A stretch of DNA of 64,000 nt from Barthelona sp. PCE (Eukaryota): contig JAUFOR010000004.1 of assembly GCA_040285745.1 (NCBI GenBank), positions 1,178,001 through 1,242,000 of the forward strand, written 5' to 3'. Below are positions 59,172-64,000 of the stretch, piece by piece (position 1 is the first letter of the stretch; each line of letters starts with the position of its first letter). The notes beneath the pieces are model-generated. The model was given only the letters and a program-made list of their open reading frames with translations, ran no database searches and was not told the origin of the DNA. The translations under genes were made by a program, and so were the position numbers.

Positions 59172-62100
59172 TCACATCAGCGGTTGCTTCAGTACGCTGC
59201 TTCTTATTACAATCTGCACGATGCGATGAGATACGATCTCTAGCAATGAGATACGATCTCTAGCAATGAGATCCTCTATCTTCAAAGATCTTATGGGTAC
59301 ATCGACATGAGCAAGTTCCTGAAGAGTTTGAGACAACAACTCACTGAAAACATCGTTAAATACATTACTCTCTACTGATTCGGGTAACAGGCTGAGCACA
59401 AGCGGATCTACTGGTTCGAGATCAGGCATTGTCACTCTTTCAATCTTGGTATGCACTGCTGGAATTGTACTGGTAAATTTATCCTCGAAAATATCCGCAA
59501 ATGTATCCTTATTTGTGTAGGTACAACACTTGACTGTGAAGTACTGTACGAAATCGCAATCTTCTCTCTTGAGTAGACGCGGTTTAACGGTCTGAGCTAC
59601 GTTATACTCAGCAGTGGTCAATAAACGCGGAACTCCGTTTTTATCCCTGAGCAGCGTGCCAAAGTCCGCACGCTTTGATCGCAATAGGGATGAAATCGTC
59701 GGAGCAGTCATTACAGAAGGACGAGGTGCATCCACGGGCATGATACGCGTCTTCCTCGATTTCTTTTGTGACACTGAGCTAACTGTCATGGCATGACCAT
59801 CGCTCGTGATCTCCTCGCCTTCTTCTTCGATACGGCGTCTGATATTCTCCTCTTGATCATTGAATTTATCCAACAACTTGTGTGATGTGAAGACTACTGG
59901 CAAGTTGATATCTGTGATCATCGGCACAGTTGGGCTGTGATAAGTGAGCATGACGAGCGCAGTCGACTGGGGATCAATGACACCACGACGTGGCAGACAG
60001 TCGATCGAAGGACCGAAAGTCGCCCTCAGTTGGTCCAATTCAACATACCATTCGACACCATCCTTCGATGTATTCTGGATTTCAAACACCTGGCGGTTGA
60101 TTGTGCTGCACATAACAACGTCTTCCACCATCTGAGGCTCAAAGCGAACGCCAAGATGGGGCAGTTGCTGGTCTTCAAACTCTGCAATATCTTGATGCTC
60201 AAAGTCCATGACTCCCTTACCGTGAACAGATATCTCGTGGCTGGAAACACCACTTGAATCAACTGCATTGACTGGTTGAGCAGTTGCACGAAGATGCAAA
60301 ATGTAGCTCATAATTTCAATGGGCAGGAATTCATACTCTATATAACCCAAGCTCTCAGCGGGCACAATGATAGGATCCACCGGGAACTTAAAGATTTGGA
60401 ATCCATAGTTTTCTTCCTTGATTGATTCAATAGAGGTTGGATCTATCTTGACCTTTATATCGTGGTGTGACGGATTATACACGGGGATGTACTGTTTGAA
60501 GGGTGCTGAAATGGCTAGGGGAACAGGGAGCGCGTGTACGGTTGATGGGATGAAACAGAAATGTTCAACGTTCGTAAGGTTTGAGAAATTAAACTCGAGT
60601 GGGATAGCTGCGCCGTTTTTGACAGAAAACATGGCTGATACGTTACGGTGCCAGCATGAATCCATGAGATTAGGATGAATGTTCATCGTTACCTCCTGGC
60701 TTTCACCGGGCTCGAGGCTGAACTTCGTCGGCCTGATCATGAAATCCGTGGCATCGCTGACGAGGTCGAGTGATAGCTCCTCGCCGTACGCTAGGTTACA
60801 GTGGGCCGTTACAAGACCGCTGTTCTTGAACAAGAAACGGGTGCTCTCATGGGCACGTGCATCAAATGCCAAACGCATTTTCTGTAACGCCTGGACAACG
60901 GTGGAATTGCTGTCTATCTTGTTGTTGCGCAACTCAGAGCGGTCAATAGCAAGCTTATTATTGAAACCCTGTACATCAATTATTGACGTGGCCACCGTCT
61001 TGGGGATATCAAACGATCTGAAATCGACAATCTCGACCCGTGGGAAGACTCCCTCGCCCTTGACCGTATACTTTAGAATATCGCTCTTTCCCGGTAAAAT
61101 TATACAAACTTCAGACTCCCATTTGCCAACCGTGACTGGATTCCAGTTAATGGCAATTGGGTACCTTGAGTTGGCTGCAATCTCGTGCTCAGTGCTCTCC
61201 AATTGTAGCGTAGAATCCTCAACGGTGGTTTGGAACTTAACAATTGAATCTGAGGAATTAACTACAATGAACTCCATCTTTCTAGTCGTTCTCACCTCAA
61301 CATAACCAAAGTCTAACTCTGTCGGGTCCACGCTAAGCTCTGCGTTTGCTGTGCGGGTCCAAACTGAGATCTTCTTCTCGACTACCTCAACTCCGTTCAT
61401 TGGATCGAGCGGCTGAAGCATCATTGTGAAGAAAAACTGTCTGCGACCAGAAACTGTCGGTTTGAAGAACATTTCCAGCTCTGTGTGCTCGTATGGGTAC
61501 AGTGTCAGCTCTTTGTTACAACTAAACTCATCTGAAAGATCCAACACGGTGATCTTTAAGGGATACGCGTTCTTATTGGACACGGGAATCATACACGAGC
61601 CCTCTGAGTTAATGCATGTTGTAGGGAAGAAAACGGGGTTCGGACACTCAATGTCAGGTGTCTCGCACACAAAATGTGCAGTGAATGCTTCCATTTGCGA
61701 ATTCAGGCGGAGTGGAATTGTTGTGGCGCCCAGTGACCCCACCCTGAGAACACGCATCTCCCTCTTCTTAAGGATACCACACACGTCGTGTATTTGATAA
61801 AACATCGGCAATTCGGCGCGATTGGTAAGTATAAAAGACTGGGTTGTTGTTGGATCGCAACCTGGTGGGAACTGAATGATGTTCTCGCTGTTCAGCTGCT
61901 TCGGCTCCAGCGTGTGTCTTGTCAGCTGAGTGACAAGGAACTTAGGTGAGACTAGCGTAACAACCTCAGAATGAGGAGGATGAACGATACCTGAGTGGAA
62001 TCTGAAGTGACGCTGGGATTTCGCCTGGGCAAATATCTGGGCCCTCGCCTGCAATGGAAGCTGATGGTGGGTGAGAGCTAAATCAACCACAATAGTACCA

Positions 62101-63596
62101 TAAGGCTGGAGATCAATAATATCCGTATCGGATATAACCTCCTCATCACAGATGACATGAACCTCCTGTTTATATCCAACCGTCGATGTGACATGCACCT
62201 GAGACGATCCCCCAGTCATCAAGAATCTATTTTGGTTGATCACAAAAGATGGTGTCAGTGAATAATGTGACTTGAGCAATGGTGGTGGTCTCACCTCGTT
62301 ACAGTAACCGGTGCACAGCATATGTAGCGTAACGGTCTGACCACCATGGACAATAAAATCTACCTTTGAGTAATGCTGAATCGGCTTTTCACACGTGAAG
62401 TTAACAACCAAGCATGTGTAACTCTTCCGATCAACAACACCAGTCGTCTGCGATAGTTTAAACACGCTGCTGGGGTCTGCCACCGTCCACGTGATTGGCA
62501 TCGTGCTATGATTGTGCAACACAACCTGCCTTGTCACGGATGCTCCAATGTGGACCTGACCAAAGTTGATGAGGTCTGGCTCTAATTGGGCAACTGCAGG
62601 CACAACGTCTCCCTTGAGCACAAGCTTAGGGCCAACGCCAGAGGATAATTGGAAATCTACGGTTGTAGAAAGTGGGAGATCCGCCCACTGTGGCAAGAAG
62701 GTTACATGAACTGTCTGATCTGAGCGTGGTGGGATTGAACCGTACGCTGGTGTTACGAAAAATGGAGTTTTGTAATCGCCATCAAATTTGACTGCTTTCC
62801 AATTAACGGTAACCTCTGTTGGATTCGAGAGTAAAACTTCAGCTCTTTTGCTCGTCTCGCTAACAACTTCACCAAAATCGATAGATTTTTCATCACAGAT
62901 CAAGAACGGATACTTACCTATACCTTTCAATGCAATTTCTACTGAATCTGCTCCTTTAACCTTAAAAACAGCCTTAGATAAATGAGAAAATGCCTTTTTT
63001 GGTGAAAATGATACATATACAGACATTTTTGACTCTGACGGCACAATACCTACAGGTTTATCGACTGAAAAAGGTTCTTCAATCTTGATATTATAGTGTA
63101 AGTCAACTTGGCCATCGTTCGATATCGTTACGGGTATTGTTTCGGTTTCATTGACCGACACAAAGCCGAACTCGAGATCTGAAGGGATAGTAAAACTCAA
63201 TCGAGGGGTGTAAGCAACAGCTTTAATAAAAAATGAACCACGTTCTGTCTTAAATTCGATAAAATCCTTTACGGGCTCCATCTTGATGGGGCGGAACTTC
63301 AACGGGAAGACGTGAAGACGCCCTGATGCAAGGCGAACAGGATCAGGAAAAGGAAGTTCTAGAGTTGGATGTTTAGGGAGCTTAAACCTGATTCTCTGCA
63401 AATGGTGTGCAACATTCTTGATGGGGAGGTTGAATATGTACTCACCTCCTGGTTCCCAATTCCTGAATTCAATGATAGAGGGACAAGAGAAACCAAAGAA
63501 ACGCTCTCGGTCACTTTCCGAAAGAACTTCAGGGTCTCCGCTTCCCTGGTCGAACACGAACGTCGAGCTCGTTACTCGTTCGATCTTTGATGTCAT
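59172..63596 (-). CDS. CFAP65: Cilia- and flagella-associated protein 65 (ASH/MSP Ig-like repeats); C-terminus apparently frameshifted
   Basis: FRNWEPGGEY..L.IKNV...PFPDPVRLASG...PLKFRP N-terminus and repeated FG.V...N Ig-like domains. The natural end is probably the TAA at 59056-59058 (see findings). Confidence 0.85.
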   Translation of the reverse strand: MTSKIERVTSSTFVFDQGSGDPEVLSESDRERFFGFSCPSIIEFRNWEPGGEYIFNLPIKNVAHHLQRIRFKLPKHPTLELPFPDPVRLASGRLHVFPLKFRPIKMEPVKDFIEFKTERGSFFIKAVAYTPRLSFTIPSDLEFGFVSVNETETIPVTISNDGQVDLHYNIKIEEPFSVDKPVGIVPSESKMSVYVSFSPKKAFSHLSKAVFKVKGADSVEIALKGIGKYPFLICDEKSIDFGEVVSETSKRAEVLLSNPTEVTVNWKAVKFDGDYKTPFFVTPAYGSIPPRSDQTVHVTFLPQWADLPLSTTVDFQLSSGVGPKLVLKGDVVPAVAQLEPDLINFGQVHIGASVTRQVVLHNHSTMPITWTVADPSSVFKLSQTTGVVDRKSYTCLVVNFTCEKPIQHYSKVDFIVHGGQTVTLHMLCTGYCNEVRPPPLLKSHYSLTPSFVINQNRFLMTGGSSQVHVTSTVGYKQEVHVICDEEVISDTDIIDLQPYGTIVVDLALTHHQLPLQARAQIFAQAKSQRHFRFHSGIVHPPHSEVVTLVSPKFLVTQLTRHTLEPKQLNSENIIQFPPGCDPTTTQSFILTNRAELPMFYQIHDVCGILKKREMRVLRVGSLGATTIPLRLNSQMEAFTAHFVCETPDIECPNPVFFPTTCINSEGSCMIPVSNKNAYPLKITVLDLSDEFSCNKELTLYPYEHTELEMFFKPTVSGRRQFFFTMMLQPLDPMNGVEVVEKKISVWTRTANAELSVDPTELDFGYVEVRTTRKMEFIVVNSSDSIVKFQTTVEDSTLQLESTEHEIAANSRYPIAINWNPVTVGKWESEVCIILPGKSDILKYTVKGEGVFPRVEIVDFRSFDIPKTVATSIIDVQGFNNKLAIDRSELRNNKIDSNSTVVQALQKMRLAFDARAHESTRFLFKNSGLVTAHCNLAYGEELSLDLVSDATDFMIRPTKFSLEPGESQEVTMNIHPNLMDSCWHRNVSAMFSVKNGAAIPLEFNFSNLTNVEHFCFIPSTVHALPVPLAISAPFKQYIPVYNPSHHDIKVKIDPTSIESIKEENYGFQIFKFPVDPIIVPAESLGYIEYEFLPIEIMSYILHLRATAQPVNAVDSSGVSSHEISVHGKGVMDFEHQDIAEFEDQQLPHLGVRFEPQMVEDVVMCSTINRQVFEIQNTSKDGVEWYVELDQLRATFGPSIDCLPRRGVIDPQSTALVMLTYHSPTVPMITDINLPVVFTSHKLLDKFNDQEENIRRRIEEEGEEITSDGHAMTVSSVSQKKSRKTRIMPVDAPRPSVMTAPTISSLLRSKRADFGTLLRDKNGVPRLLTTAEYNVAQTVKPRLLKREDCDFVQYFTVKCCTYTNKDTFADIFEDKFTSTIPAVHTKIERVTMPDLEPVDPLVLSLLPESVESNVFNDVFSELLSQTLQELAHVDVPIRSLKIEDLIARDRISLLEIVSHRIVQIVIRSSVLKQPLM
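59226..59272. repeat. Perfect 20-bp tandem duplication (2.35 copies)
   Basis: ATGAGATACGATCTCTAGCA at 59226-59245 and 59246-59265, followed by ATGAGAT. Confidence 0.97.
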
Positions 63597-63987
63597 TAGA
63601 AAGGGATAAATTCGCTAAAACGAAATACAAGCACAATATATCAATATGGTGCTTCCTCACGATGTTTATGTTATATCTATAAGCAGCTAAGCCCCATAAA
63701 TAAAGGATGAAAGGCTCACATGCAAAAAGCCTGCTCAAAAAGGTTCTTCTTTATATATCACATATACGAATCCATCAAAATACTCATAGTATATTTTTAC
63801 TCCACATAGAGCGATACAAACTCCGAAGAAACACATCCATTTAAAAAACTCATAAATAAACAAATATTCAAGAGATAGTGTGTTCCAGCGGTTTTGTTCC
63901 ATTTGAAGTGCCAAAAAACCGCACATACTACAACAAAAATACTGTTTACGCATATTTTCCCTTTCCCGCTTTTGACTTTTAATAGCG

Positions 63988-64000
63988 ATGAGCCAAGACA
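63988..64000 (+). CDS. Possible start of the next gene (runs off window)
   Basis: ATG at 63988 preceded by TCCCTTT (63958-63964), the motif seen before other starts. Only 13 nt are visible. Confidence 0.3.

Noticed and set aside
45012-63609. Many short ORFs within dynein, DHFR and CFAP65 (similar ones inside other long genes)
   Set aside because: Antisense or alternative-frame shadows with no protein-family features, many with non-ATG starts.
63735-63953. 72-aa hydrophobic minus-strand ORF
   Set aside because: Composition reflects AT-rich spacer DNA, with no homology cue; cannot be fully excluded.
1-64000. CRISPR arrays, tRNA/rRNA genes, prokaryotic operons, reassigned stop codons
   Set aside because: None seen by eye; the content is eukaryotic and all three stops terminate long ORFs.

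Overview
Gene-dense, apparently intronless eukaryotic DNA in the standard genetic code (TAA, TAG and TGA all end long ORFs). It comes from a flagellated protist (dynein-2 heavy chain, CFAP65); a metamonad-like origin is my inference only. Core genes: EF-hand/WD40 protein (partial), CENP-X-like, Cdc23/APC8, cyclin H, WDR18/IPI3, ABCC transporter, class I PDE, DYNC2H1, stand-alone divergent DHFR, CFAP65. There are also two tandem giant multipass surface proteins. An accessory block (about 26.7-42.1 kb) holds several orphan beta-propeller-like genes, a propeller-coiled coil-kinase-HECT-RING2 fusion with two putative catalytic cysteines, and a ~4.3 kb hAT-like transposon with an oversized transposase and long degenerate inverted repeats. 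A 20-bp tandem duplication frameshifts the CFAP65 C-terminus. All calls come from motif recognition by eye; no searches were run.
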